Shown: positions 27,193-35,032 of the stretch, in pieces
Numbering within the stretch: position 1 is the first letter of the stretch
How the letters are laid out: the number at the start of each line of letters is the position of its first letter
NCBI GenBank assembly: GCA_043808015.1
Contig: JAZDFI010000006.1
Span: 1 to 35,032, forward strand
Direction: 5' to 3'
Length of the DNA stretch: 35,032 bases
Source of the DNA: Candidatus Aenigmatarchaeota archaeon
Lineage (GTDB): Archaea; Aenigmatarchaeota; Aenigmatarchaeia; QMZP01; QMZT01
The notes under the pieces: model-generated
Seen by the model: the letters and a program-made list of their open reading frames with translations, nothing else
Told to the model about the DNA's origin: nothing
Databases searched by the model: none
Made by a program: the position numbers and the translations under genes

Positions 27193-27229
27193 AACTACTC
27201 AGAATAAAAATAAAAGACATTTTATAATC

Positions 27230-27307
27230 TTATTTAAAGATATGGGTGCTAGCCTTTTTTGTCGTTTTAACTTTGCCTTTCCTGCTGACGCTTATTTTTG
27301 ATGCCAT
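27230..27307 (-). CDS. Unannotated 25-aa basic peptide MASKISVSRKGKVKTTKKASTHIFK; candidate precursor for the adjacent RRE-M50 protease
   Basis: ATG..TAA ORF read on the minus strand; BRE/TATA-like AAAAGTATTTTAA ~25 nt upstream (leaderless spacing), T-rich tract downstream; convergent with the RRE-protease gene. Confidence 0.6.
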   Translation of the reverse strand: MASKISVSRKGKVKTTKKASTHIFK

Positions 27308-27391
27308 ACATCTAGCTTGTCTTTTGAAGTTAAAATACTTTTATGCAGCAATCCAAATTATATATATTGCGGGTCATGCGGGTGCGTCGCT

Positions 27392-28672
27392 ATGAGAAAC
27401 GAATATATCGATCTTGATTACGTCCCTTCCAGGGACGACGTCATCGCCGAATTCTATATTGAGCCAAACAAAGTTTCTTTTGAAAAAGCGTGCAACGACC
27501 TGACCGGAGAGAGCTCGATAGGCACGTGGACCGAAGTGAGCACGATGAAAGCGCGCATCTGGCGCGATCTGCGTCCGACTGTATTTTCCATCAACAAAAA
27601 GGAAAAGATAACCCGCATAGCGTATCCGTTAGCGCTGTTCGAGATGGGCAACGTGCCGCAGCTCATGAGTTCCATCGCAGGCAACGTGTTCGGCATGAAG
27701 TCGCTCGCGAACCTGCGTCTTCTCGACATCCGCCTCCCTGAAAGATACATAAAATCCTTTCCGGGCCCGAAGTTCGGCATTCCCGGCATACGCCAGAAGC
27801 TGCGCGTGAAACGGCGTCCGTTACTGGGAACGATAGTGAAACCGAAGCTCGGCCTCAGCGAAAGCGAGCATGCCAAATCGGCATTCGAATCCTGGGTCGG
27901 CGGCTTGGACATAGTGAAGGACGACGAGAATCTCACGAGCATGGGCTTCAACCGCTTCGAGAAGCGCGTCGTCGAGACGCTCAAGATGCGCGAGCGCGCC
28001 GAGGAAGAGACGGGCGAAGGGAAGTTCTACATGCCCAACATCACGGCCGAAACGAGCGAGATGCTGCGCAGGATGAAGTTCGTCAAGGACCACGGCTGCG
28101 AATACGCGATGCTCGACATCGTGTCGATAGGCTGGTCGGGCCTGCAGACGGTGCGCAATTACAACAACGAAATGAACCTGATACTCCACGCTCATCGTGC
28201 GGGGCATGCGGCCCTCACCAAGAGCAAGAAGCACGGTATCTCCATGCTTGTCATAGCGAAACTGGCGAGGCTTATCGGCGTCGACCAGATACACGTCGGC
28301 ACCGCGAACGTCGGCAAAATGTCCGGCGACGAGACGTCCGAAATCGAGGACGAAATCGAAAGCAAGTTCGTCACCGAGCTGAGGAGCGGCCATTCGCTGG
28401 AGCAGTTCTGGTACAACGTCAAGCCGGTCTTCGCCGTCGCGTCGGGCGGCCTCTACCCGGGCAGCCTGCCCAAGCTGCTGAAGATAATGGGCAACAACGT
28501 CATAGTCCAGGCCGGAGGAGGCGTTCACGGCCACCCGTGGGGCAGCGAGGCCGGAGCGAAGGCGATGCGCCAGGCGCTCGAGGCCTACATGCGCGGCATT
28601 TCATTGAATGAATACGCACTGAAAAACGAGGAACTGGCAATAGCAATAAAAAAGTGGGGCGTCAAAAGATAA
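27392..28672 (+). CDS. rbcL: Form III ribulose-1,5-bisphosphate carboxylase (RuBisCO)
   Basis: All key catalytic motifs present: GESSIGTW, IAGNVFG, VKPKLG, KDDE, HAHRAGH, HVGT..GKM, SGG, QAGGGVHGHP. Confidence 0.96.
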   Translation: MRNEYIDLDYVPSRDDVIAEFYIEPNKVSFEKACNDLTGESSIGTWTEVSTMKARIWRDLRPTVFSINKKEKITRIAYPLALFEMGNVPQLMSSIAGNVFGMKSLANLRLLDIRLPERYIKSFPGPKFGIPGIRQKLRVKRRPLLGTIVKPKLGLSESEHAKSAFESWVGGLDIVKDDENLTSMGFNRFEKRVVETLKMRERAEEETGEGKFYMPNITAETSEMLRRMKFVKDHGCEYAMLDIVSIGWSGLQTVRNYNNEMNLILHAHRAGHAALTKSKKHGISMLVIAKLARLIGVDQIHVGTANVGKMSGDETSEIEDEIESKFVTELRSGHSLEQFWYNVKPVFAVASGGLYPGSLPKLLKIMGNNVIVQAGGGVHGHPWGSEAGAKAMRQALEAYMRGISLNEYALKNEELAIAIKKWGVKR

Positions 28673-28726
28673 TAATACCATATTTGATACAGTCTTTGAG
28701 ATTTGATTGATGTTGGGGTTTGCAAT

Positions 28727-30265
28727 ATGTTTTTGCGCGCGAAGTTCCTGCAGCTTGAGGCCGAGAAGCCCGTCGCCATTTTCAACACGGAAGACGCGGC
28801 CGAGCTCGGCTTGAGGCCGCTGGACAGGGTGGAGCTTTCTTTTCGCAAGGACAAGATAGTCGCCATAGTGAACATCGCGAAGAAGATAGTGCGCGAGGGT
28901 GAGATAGGCCTTTACGAGGAGATACAGGAGCATCTCGACGTAAAGCCGGACGAGAAGGTGCACGTCCAGGCCGCGCCGCCGCCCAAGTCCATGGCGTTCA
29001 TAAAAAAGAAGCTGCTCGGCCAAACGCTCACGCCAAAGGAAATACATGCCATAATAGTCGATACCGTGAATCACAGGCTTTCCGACATAGAGCTGACCGC
29101 GTTCGTCACGTCGCTTTACAACAAGGGCATGACCATGGGTGAAGTAGCGAGTCTCGCAGAGTCGATGACCAAGACGGGCCGCTCGCTCAACCTCAGGACC
29201 AAGGCGATCTATGACAAGCACTCAGTCGGCGGATGCCCCGGAGACAAGACGACCATATTAGTCGTCCCGATTGTTGCTGCAGCCGGGCTCACGATTCCCA
29301 AGACTTCTTCGCGAGCGATCACTTCGCCTGCGGGCAGCGCTGACCGCGTCGAATGCATCATGCCCGTCAACCTCTCGCTCGAAGAAGTGCGCAGAGTGGT
29401 GAACAAGACCAATGCCTGCATGGTGTGGGGTGGAGCGGTCGATTTAGCGCCTGCGGACGACATTTTCATAAAGATAGAATACCCGCTCTCGATAGACCCG
29501 TTCCTGCTGCCTTCCGTCATGTCCAAGAAGAAATGCGTCAACGCGAAATACGTCGTGATAGACGTGCCGACTGGCAGCGAGACGAAGATTCGCACGAAGG
29601 AGGAATTCGAGAACCTAGCGTGCGAGTTCATCCAGCTGGGCAAGAAGCTCGGCATAAAAGTCGATTGCATTTCGACGTTCGCGGACCAGCCGATCGGATA
29701 CGCCGTCGGCCCGATACTCGAGGCCAGGGAGGCGCTCAGCACGGTCATGCATGGCCACGGGCCTGCAGACCTGGTCGACAAGGCCACCACGCTAGCCGGC
29801 ACGCTGCTCGAGTTCGGGGGCGCAAAGAACGGCAAGCAGGTGGCGCACGAGTTACTGCATTCTGGCAAGGCTTACAAAAAGCTGAAAGAAGTGATAGAGG
29901 CGCAGGGAGGCAACCCGGCTATAAGACCGGAAGACATGCATCCCGGAGACAAAATGGCGGAATTCAAGGCCAGCAAGTCAGGCAAGATCCTCTGGATAAG
30001 CACCAAGGCGGTCGGAGTCGTCGCCAGGGACGCGGGCGCGCCCAAGGACAGGGGCGCGGGCATACTTTTTCACAAGAAGCTCGGAGACAAGGTGAAGAAG
30101 GGCGACGTGCTCTTCCAACTCTACGCCGAGAAGAGCAACAAGTTCAGCCGCGCCATAGAGAACGTGCGCAACATGAGCGTCATAGGAGTAGGCAGGGCGC
30201 GCGGCATGATGCTGGACGAAGTCCCGCACGCCGAGGAAGACAAATACTTCATCCTCGAGAGATGA
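28727..30265 (+). CDS. deoA: AMP phosphorylase (archaeal thymidine phosphorylase family)
   Basis: N-terminal double-psi-like domain (EDAAELGLRPLDRV), DKHSVGGCPGDKTT, IPKTSSRAITSPAGSAD, SVMSKK, AGAPKDRGAGI; adjacent to rbcL. Confidence 0.95.
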   Translation: MFLRAKFLQLEAEKPVAIFNTEDAAELGLRPLDRVELSFRKDKIVAIVNIAKKIVREGEIGLYEEIQEHLDVKPDEKVHVQAAPPPKSMAFIKKKLLGQTLTPKEIHAIIVDTVNHRLSDIELTAFVTSLYNKGMTMGEVASLAESMTKTGRSLNLRTKAIYDKHSVGGCPGDKTTILVVPIVAAAGLTIPKTSSRAITSPAGSADRVECIMPVNLSLEEVRRVVNKTNACMVWGGAVDLAPADDIFIKIEYPLSIDPFLLPSVMSKKKCVNAKYVVIDVPTGSETKIRTKEEFENLACEFIQLGKKLGIKVDCISTFADQPIGYAVGPILEAREALSTVMHGHGPADLVDKATTLAGTLLEFGGAKNGKQVAHELLHSGKAYKKLKEVIEAQGGNPAIRPEDMHPGDKMAEFKASKSGKILWISTKAVGVVARDAGAPKDRGAGILFHKKLGDKVKKGDVLFQLYAEKSNKFSRAIENVRNMSVIGVGRARGMMLDEVPHAEEDKYFILER

Positions 30266-30446
30266 ACGGCTTTTGCTTTTTGCTATCCTCTTTTTAGTTC
30301 TATTTTATGTAATAGTATATTAGTATAAATTTTTAAGAGAAGTTTTTCCCGGTTTAACAAACGGTTAATGTTCAGGAACGGGGGGTGGGTCCCGCCGGCG
30401 AGGGCTTTTATAGTAGTTTTGTATAAGAATTAATGGTGAAAAATCC

Positions 30447-31646
30447 ATGAAAATCCTGATGCTTGTGCTCGACGGCGGGGGCGATGTGGGCAAGAAGACT
30501 CCATATGAAATTGCCATCAAACCGAACATGTCGGCGCTCGCGGCGAAAGGGACTTGCGGGCTTCTAGATATATGCTATAAAGGGACGCCTCAGTCGGATT
30601 TCGGTTATCTCAGCCTCCTGGGCTTCTACGCGAAAGAGACGTATCCGGGCCGCGGCTATCTCGAGGCGTTAGGATTGGGAATGGAAGACATTCGCGAAGG
30701 CGACGTCTGCATCCGCGGCAACTTTGCAACCCTTGGCATTAACGGCAACATTCTCGACCGCCGGGCGGGGCGCGACGAGACTGGTCTCGAAGAGCTCACT
30801 GAAAGGCTCGACGGCATCGAGATAGACGGTGTCCATTTCTTCCTGAAAAAGTCCGCCGGCCACAGGGTGGTAATAATCATGAGGCCGCTGGACGAAAAAG
30901 TCAAGCTTTCCGGCGAAATCGAATCAAACGACCCTGAGGAGGAAGGAGTCCCTGTGCTTCAGTTCAAGGCGAAAAAGCCCGAGACTGCAGCGAAATTCAC
31001 GGCCAGCGTACTGAACAAGTTCGTTTTCAAGACAGGCAAAATGCTTTCCGCGGATGGCATAAACAAAGAGAGGAAATTCCCGGCCAACGTTATCCTGATG
31101 CGCGGCTTCTCGAGGAAGACTGTAATCGAGACTTTCAAGAAAAGATACGGCATGCGCTCGTGCTGCATAGGCGGCATCCCCATAATCAAGGGCGTCGCCG
31201 CGTTCCTGGGCATGGACATCATAACCGTGCCTGGCGCGAATGGCTACCCGGACACGAACCTGAAAGGCAAGTTCGAAAAAGCCGCGGAAGCGCTGAAAGC
31301 GTACGACTTCGTTCTCCTGCACATCAACGGCACTGATATACTTTCCCACGACGCTAAACCTGAAGAAAAAGCTAAATTCATAGAAAAAATAGACGGACAG
31401 CTTGGCGAACTGATGAAAGCGGTTGACATGAAGAACACTGCGATTGTCATAACGTCCGACCATCGCACCGCTAGCGACCCGGCTTACAAGCTTTACAGGC
31501 ACACGTGCGATCCGGTCCCGGTTCTGGTCGCAGGCGGCGGCATAAAGCCAGGCATCGCGAGGAAGTTCGACGAGAAGGCGTGCGAGCGCGGCTTCCTGAT
31601 AAAGGGCAACGACCTGATACCTTTTGTTCTGAGACAGTCGAAATAA
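30447..31646 (+). CDS. apgM: 2,3-bisphosphoglycerate-independent phosphoglycerate mutase, archaeal type
   Basis: LDGGGD, TP.E.A.KPNM, PQSD (catalytic Ser), GRGYLEALG, RGNFAT, DRRAGR, D..SHD, TSDH.T, H..DPVP. Confidence 0.9.
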   Translation: MKILMLVLDGGGDVGKKTPYEIAIKPNMSALAAKGTCGLLDICYKGTPQSDFGYLSLLGFYAKETYPGRGYLEALGLGMEDIREGDVCIRGNFATLGINGNILDRRAGRDETGLEELTERLDGIEIDGVHFFLKKSAGHRVVIIMRPLDEKVKLSGEIESNDPEEEGVPVLQFKAKKPETAAKFTASVLNKFVFKTGKMLSADGINKERKFPANVILMRGFSRKTVIETFKKRYGMRSCCIGGIPIIKGVAAFLGMDIITVPGANGYPDTNLKGKFEKAAEALKAYDFVLLHINGTDILSHDAKPEEKAKFIEKIDGQLGELMKAVDMKNTAIVITSDHRTASDPAYKLYRHTCDPVPVLVAGGGIKPGIARKFDEKACERGFLIKGNDLIPFVLRQSK

Positions 31647-31681
31647 GACAGATTAAATAACCTGCCGGCGAATTAATTATC

Positions 31682-33652
31682 ATGGAAAACTACGAGATGT
31701 CGTCGCTCGACCTGCGCTTTCTGGTGAAGGAGCTGAAGTCATCGCTGGCTAACGGGTACATCAGGAAGATTTACCAGTATGAAATCCCGGTTCCGGGAAA
31801 GCCGAACGAGAAGACGCACCAGTTCCTCTTCGAGGTTTTCGCGCCCGGGAAGGGACAGCTCTGGCTCTATGTGGACAAGAACAGGATTTTCATAACCACT
31901 TACAGGAAGCCCTCGCCGTCCGAGCCGCCGGGCTTATGCCAGATGCTGCGAAAGCACATGGAGGCAACGAAAATCGTCGACGTGCGTCAACATGGTTTCG
32001 ACAGGATAGTCGAGATTGAAACTGCGAACAACGTCCTAATAATAGAGCTTTTCTCCGACGGCAATCTCGTGCTTTGCGACACCGAGCGCAAGATATTAAT
32101 GCCGCTCTACACGCAGGACTGGAAGGACCGCGTGCTCCGTCCGAAAGTGACGTATGCTTACCCGCCTGCGCGCATAAATCCGTTCGCCGTAAGCTTCGAA
32201 TACATGCGCGAGTATCTTTCCCCGATAAACAAGAAGATAATCGCAGTCCTCGCCGCAGGCATGGGCTTCGGCCCGCTTTACGCGAAGGAGATATGCTTAC
32301 TGGCGAAAATCGATGCAGACACGCCGGCGGAGCGGCTGAGCCCCGGTTTATGCGTCTCGTTATTCAACACCATAAGGGAGATTGACAATTTCACGGTAAA
32401 GCCCACAATATACGAGAATGCTGTAGCGCCGTTCGAGCTGCAGAACCCCGACGCCGGCAGCGCGCTGAAACAGACGGATTCCTTCTATTCCGCGCTGGAC
32501 GAGTTCTACATGGAGCAGCAGATAACCGAAGCGGAGAACTACGGGAAGGATTCGCTAGCGACGCACCGCGAGAAGTACGGCCGCATGCTCAACGAGCAAT
32601 CGTCGTCCATGAAGAAATGGGAAGACGTGCGCGAGCAGCGGAAGTCCATGGCAGACCTGATTTACAACAATTACGCGCAGGTCCAGGGCATCACCGACTG
32701 GATAAACAAGATGAAGGAGTCCGGCCTTTCCTGGGACGACATCAAGGCGGTCATAAAGGAGCTGCCCGACGGCAAGCTGGTGAAGGAGATACGCGAGTCG
32801 AAGGCGCTGGTCATACTTGAAATAGAAGGCAGCAGGCTGGAAATCGATTTCCGCAGGACCGTCATGGAGAACGCGCAGGCGTATTACGAGCGTTCCAAGT
32901 TCGCGAAGAAGAAAATCATCGGCGTTAGCGAGGCGATGGAAAAAACGAAGAATAAAATGGAAGAGGCGCCGAAAATCGAAGCGAAAGGCAAGCTCGCGAA
33001 AGTCGAGAAGAAGGATAAAAAGTGGTTCGAAAAATTCAGATGGTTTATCTCCAGCGACGGCTTCCTCATAGTCGGCGGCAAGGACGCCACTTCGAACGAA
33101 GTCCTGGTGAAAAAATACGCGGGCAAGAGCGATCTCGTTCTCCACTCGGACATACAGGGCTCGCCTTTCGTCGTCATCCGCGCCGAGGGCAAGGCCATCA
33201 CGGACGTCGCGAAGAAAGAAGCGGCGGAATTCACGGCATCTTATTCGAAGGCATGGCAGGCGGGCGTAGGGACGATAGACGTCTACTGCATAAAGCCCGA
33301 GCAGGTCTCGAAGCAGGCGCAGCCCGGCGAATATTTGCCAAAGGGAAGTTTCATGATTTACGGCGAGCGCGAATGGTTGAGGGGAACGGAGCTGCGCATG
33401 GCGATAGGCGTCAAGCTCGAAAAGGAAAAGCCGCCCGAAGTCATAGCGGGCCCTGTCGCGACAGTCAGCGTTCAAACGCAGGCCTTCGCCGTCATACGTC
33501 CAGGCGATGAAGAAGCGAAACAGCTCGCGAGAAGGATAAGGAATGCGATTCTCATAAAGGCCGCGCCGGACGCAAGGGAAGCGATCGAGCGCGTGCCCAT
33601 CGACGAAATCCAGAAGTTCATCCCGGCAGCGAAAGGCCAGCTGGCTCAATAA
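31682..33652 (+). CDS. rqcH: Ribosome rescue factor Rqc2/RqcH (NEMF, NFACT domains)
   Basis: MSSLDL, LRKH, Q.GFDRIV, ELFSDGN, G.GPLYAKE, ENAQAYY, WFEKFRWFISSDGFL.VGGKDATSNE, PGEYLPKGSFMIYGER. Confidence 0.93.
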   Translation: MENYEMSSLDLRFLVKELKSSLANGYIRKIYQYEIPVPGKPNEKTHQFLFEVFAPGKGQLWLYVDKNRIFITTYRKPSPSEPPGLCQMLRKHMEATKIVDVRQHGFDRIVEIETANNVLIIELFSDGNLVLCDTERKILMPLYTQDWKDRVLRPKVTYAYPPARINPFAVSFEYMREYLSPINKKIIAVLAAGMGFGPLYAKEICLLAKIDADTPAERLSPGLCVSLFNTIREIDNFTVKPTIYENAVAPFELQNPDAGSALKQTDSFYSALDEFYMEQQITEAENYGKDSLATHREKYGRMLNEQSSSMKKWEDVREQRKSMADLIYNNYAQVQGITDWINKMKESGLSWDDIKAVIKELPDGKLVKEIRESKALVILEIEGSRLEIDFRRTVMENAQAYYERSKFAKKKIIGVSEAMEKTKNKMEEAPKIEAKGKLAKVEKKDKKWFEKFRWFISSDGFLIVGGKDATSNEVLVKKYAGKSDLVLHSDIQGSPFVVIRAEGKAITDVAKKEAAEFTASYSKAWQAGVGTIDVYCIKPEQVSKQAQPGEYLPKGSFMIYGEREWLRGTELRMAIGVKLEKEKPPEVIAGPVATVSVQTQAFAVIRPGDEEAKQLARRIRNAILIKAAPDAREAIERVPIDEIQKFIPAAKGQLAQ

Positions 33653-33750
33653 AACATATTCCCCGATTCATCTTCTGAATCTCTGAACACGAGCCTTTTA
33701 AAAGTGTTAGAATCAAGATTCAAAATAAGCTTCTGAATTTTGGTGACAAT

Positions 33751-34353
33751 ATGCCTCACAGGATTCCTCTCGGCGAAAAGCTGCAGTTCGGATACAACCT
33801 TTTCAGGGAGGATTACAGCGCCGCAGAGTTGATCGATCTTGTTAAAGAGAAATATCACGATGCGCCCACAAAAGCCAAATACGTGATTTCCGGAGCCGCG
33901 ATACACGCGCTGGACCATGGCGACACGTCATACGCCCGCGAGCTTTTCAAAAGCAGCGGCATAAGAATAACGACATTGAGGGAGAATGAGCTAATCCTTT
34001 ACGAAAACGACAAGAATATACTGCAACTGCTCAAGTCCGCCTTCAAGATTTATAACGAGCTGCGCGACGTTTCCTACCGCAACAAGCGCCTGAAGCCCTC
34101 AGAAATACCGGAACTGGCGCACAACATAATATATGGAAGCATATTCGAGACGGTTTCGTCAATCCGCAGTTCAAGCCTGGGAGAATACCTGAAAATAAGC
34201 CCGAAAAATAAAAAATCAAAGGCGCAGGCACTGAGGGACAGGTTCAACAACATCTTGCATATTGGCGATGACATGGGACAAATACTTCACGGCGGCCATT
34301 CGGTGGAATGGCCCGTCGACAAGGCAGGTTACCCCATAAAACCTAAGACTTGA
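33751..34353 (+). CDS. Hypothetical protein
   Basis: 200-aa ORF with ATG and GGTGA RBS, more AT-rich than the flanking genes, no recognisable motif. Confidence 0.65.
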   Translation: MPHRIPLGEKLQFGYNLFREDYSAAELIDLVKEKYHDAPTKAKYVISGAAIHALDHGDTSYARELFKSSGIRITTLRENELILYENDKNILQLLKSAFKIYNELRDVSYRNKRLKPSEIPELAHNIIYGSIFETVSSIRSSSLGEYLKISPKNKKSKAQALRDRFNNILHIGDDMGQILHGGHSVEWPVDKAGYPIKPKT

Positions 34354-34642
34354 TCGCGAAGCCCTGCAAATCCCCTTTGAACTTCCCCCATTCTATTTCC
34401 ATCTCGTCCACTTTCGCTCCGTCCGGGCCCTGTCTGCAGTATTCGACGAGCCTATCCAGCAAGGGTTTTCGCCCTTCGGCGACGACCTCGACCATACCCG
34501 AAGAAAGGTTCCTCACCCAGCCCGTCACGCCAAGGTCGCTGGCGAACTTGCGCGTGCTAGCCCTGAAAAAGACGCCCTGCACGTCGCCGGATATCAGCAG
34601 GTGCACGCGCGCGCTCATGCGCTCAGCCATAACCATATTCAT
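34343..34642 (-). CDS. acyP: Acylphosphatase
   Basis: ISGDVQGVFFR, GVTGWVRN..G.VEVVAEG, GP..AKV; start could also be 34630 or 34618. Confidence 0.93.
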   Translation of the reverse strand: MNMVMAERMSARVHLLISGDVQGVFFRASTRKFASDLGVTGWVRNLSSGMVEVVAEGRKPLLDRLVEYCRQGPDGAKVDEMEIEWGKFKGDLQGFAIKS

Positions 34643-34699
34643 CCTACAATTATCTATGGAACAGTATCTGATTATATAATTTTTACATAACGTTTTTTA

Positions 34700-35032
34700 A
34701 TGGGAATGTCTCCGACCCAACTTAAAATAATGCAGAACTTGAAATATGAGAATGTCAGGCTTGTTTACATAGACGAGGATTACGTTTGTGAAAACGGCGA
34801 AAAACTGCGACAGCCATATCTGATTCTTGACGGCACGCTGCACAGCCGTTTAAAACCCATCGAAGTCCGTGAGAATTTACGGAAAAGGGGACTGAGATTT
34901 ACCCCCACACAATTTTATCTGCTAAACGCCGACAAAAGCGGCAAGCTTGAAAATCCATTTTTCTCTTTAAGCTCGAAAACAGAAACGCTTTACATGGACA
35001 ATTTTGTGGTTTCCGAGGGCACGCCAATCGAA
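34700..35032 (+). CDS. Hypothetical protein, truncated by window end
   Basis: Open frame of 111 codons from ATG 34700 (MGMSPTQLKIMQNLKYENVRLVY...) to the end of the window; divergent from acyP across an AT-rich spacer. Confidence 0.6.
   Translation, partial: MGMSPTQLKIMQNLKYENVRLVYIDEDYVCENGEKLRQPYLILDGTLHSRLKPIEVRENLRKRGLRFTPTQFYLLNADKSGKLENPFFSLSSKTETLYMDNFVVSEGTPIE

Noticed and set aside
27242-27301. Plus-strand 19-aa ORF MGASLFCRFNFAFPADAYF as alternative precursor
   Set aside because: Antisense shadow of the 25-aa ORF with no leader-like motif; the minus-strand ORF has better promoter/terminator context. Not fully excluded
27392-28672. RuBisCO as evidence of Calvin-cycle autotrophy or as a form IV RLP
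   Set aside because: Full catalytic motif set argues against an RLP; adjacency to AMP phosphorylase and absence of phosphoribulokinase in the window indicate nucleotide salvage
32555-33649. 364-aa minus-strand ORF and many other long antisense ORFs
   Set aside because: Mirror frames of GC3-rich genuine genes (here rqcH); no motifs

Overview
Archaeal chromosomal segment, most likely from a DPANN-type lineage. This is inferred from the Rpo3 subunit, BHB-intron tRNAs, form III RuBisCO/AMP phosphorylase, DPANN-style pilus ATPase/TadC pair and giant surface proteins. It carries housekeeping genes (rpoD/rpo3, class II lysS, rqcH, apgM, acyP, htpX), three tRNAs (Gln-TTG and Leu-AAG with 37/38 introns, His-GTG), a nucleotide-salvage cluster (rbcL + AMP phosphorylase + apgM), and a type IV pilus-like ATPase/TadC pair split by a 1734-aa Cys-rich 'CCGDD' repeat protein. 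A second 1.3-kaa surface glycoprotein and several ORFans are also present. The most interesting candidate system is at 24.6-27.3 kb: a beta-propeller gene, then a PqqD/RRE-like + M50 intramembrane protease fusion, then a convergent, unannotated 25-aa ORF (MASKISVSRKGKVKTTKKASTHIFK) that looks like its leader-bearing peptide substrate. This suggests an archaeal peptide-processing/signalling (RiPP-like) module. Also notable are an A34 tRNA-Leu(AAG), a PLD with a dead active site, and a LysRS with an altered lysine pocket. No CRISPR array, rRNA or transposase was seen.
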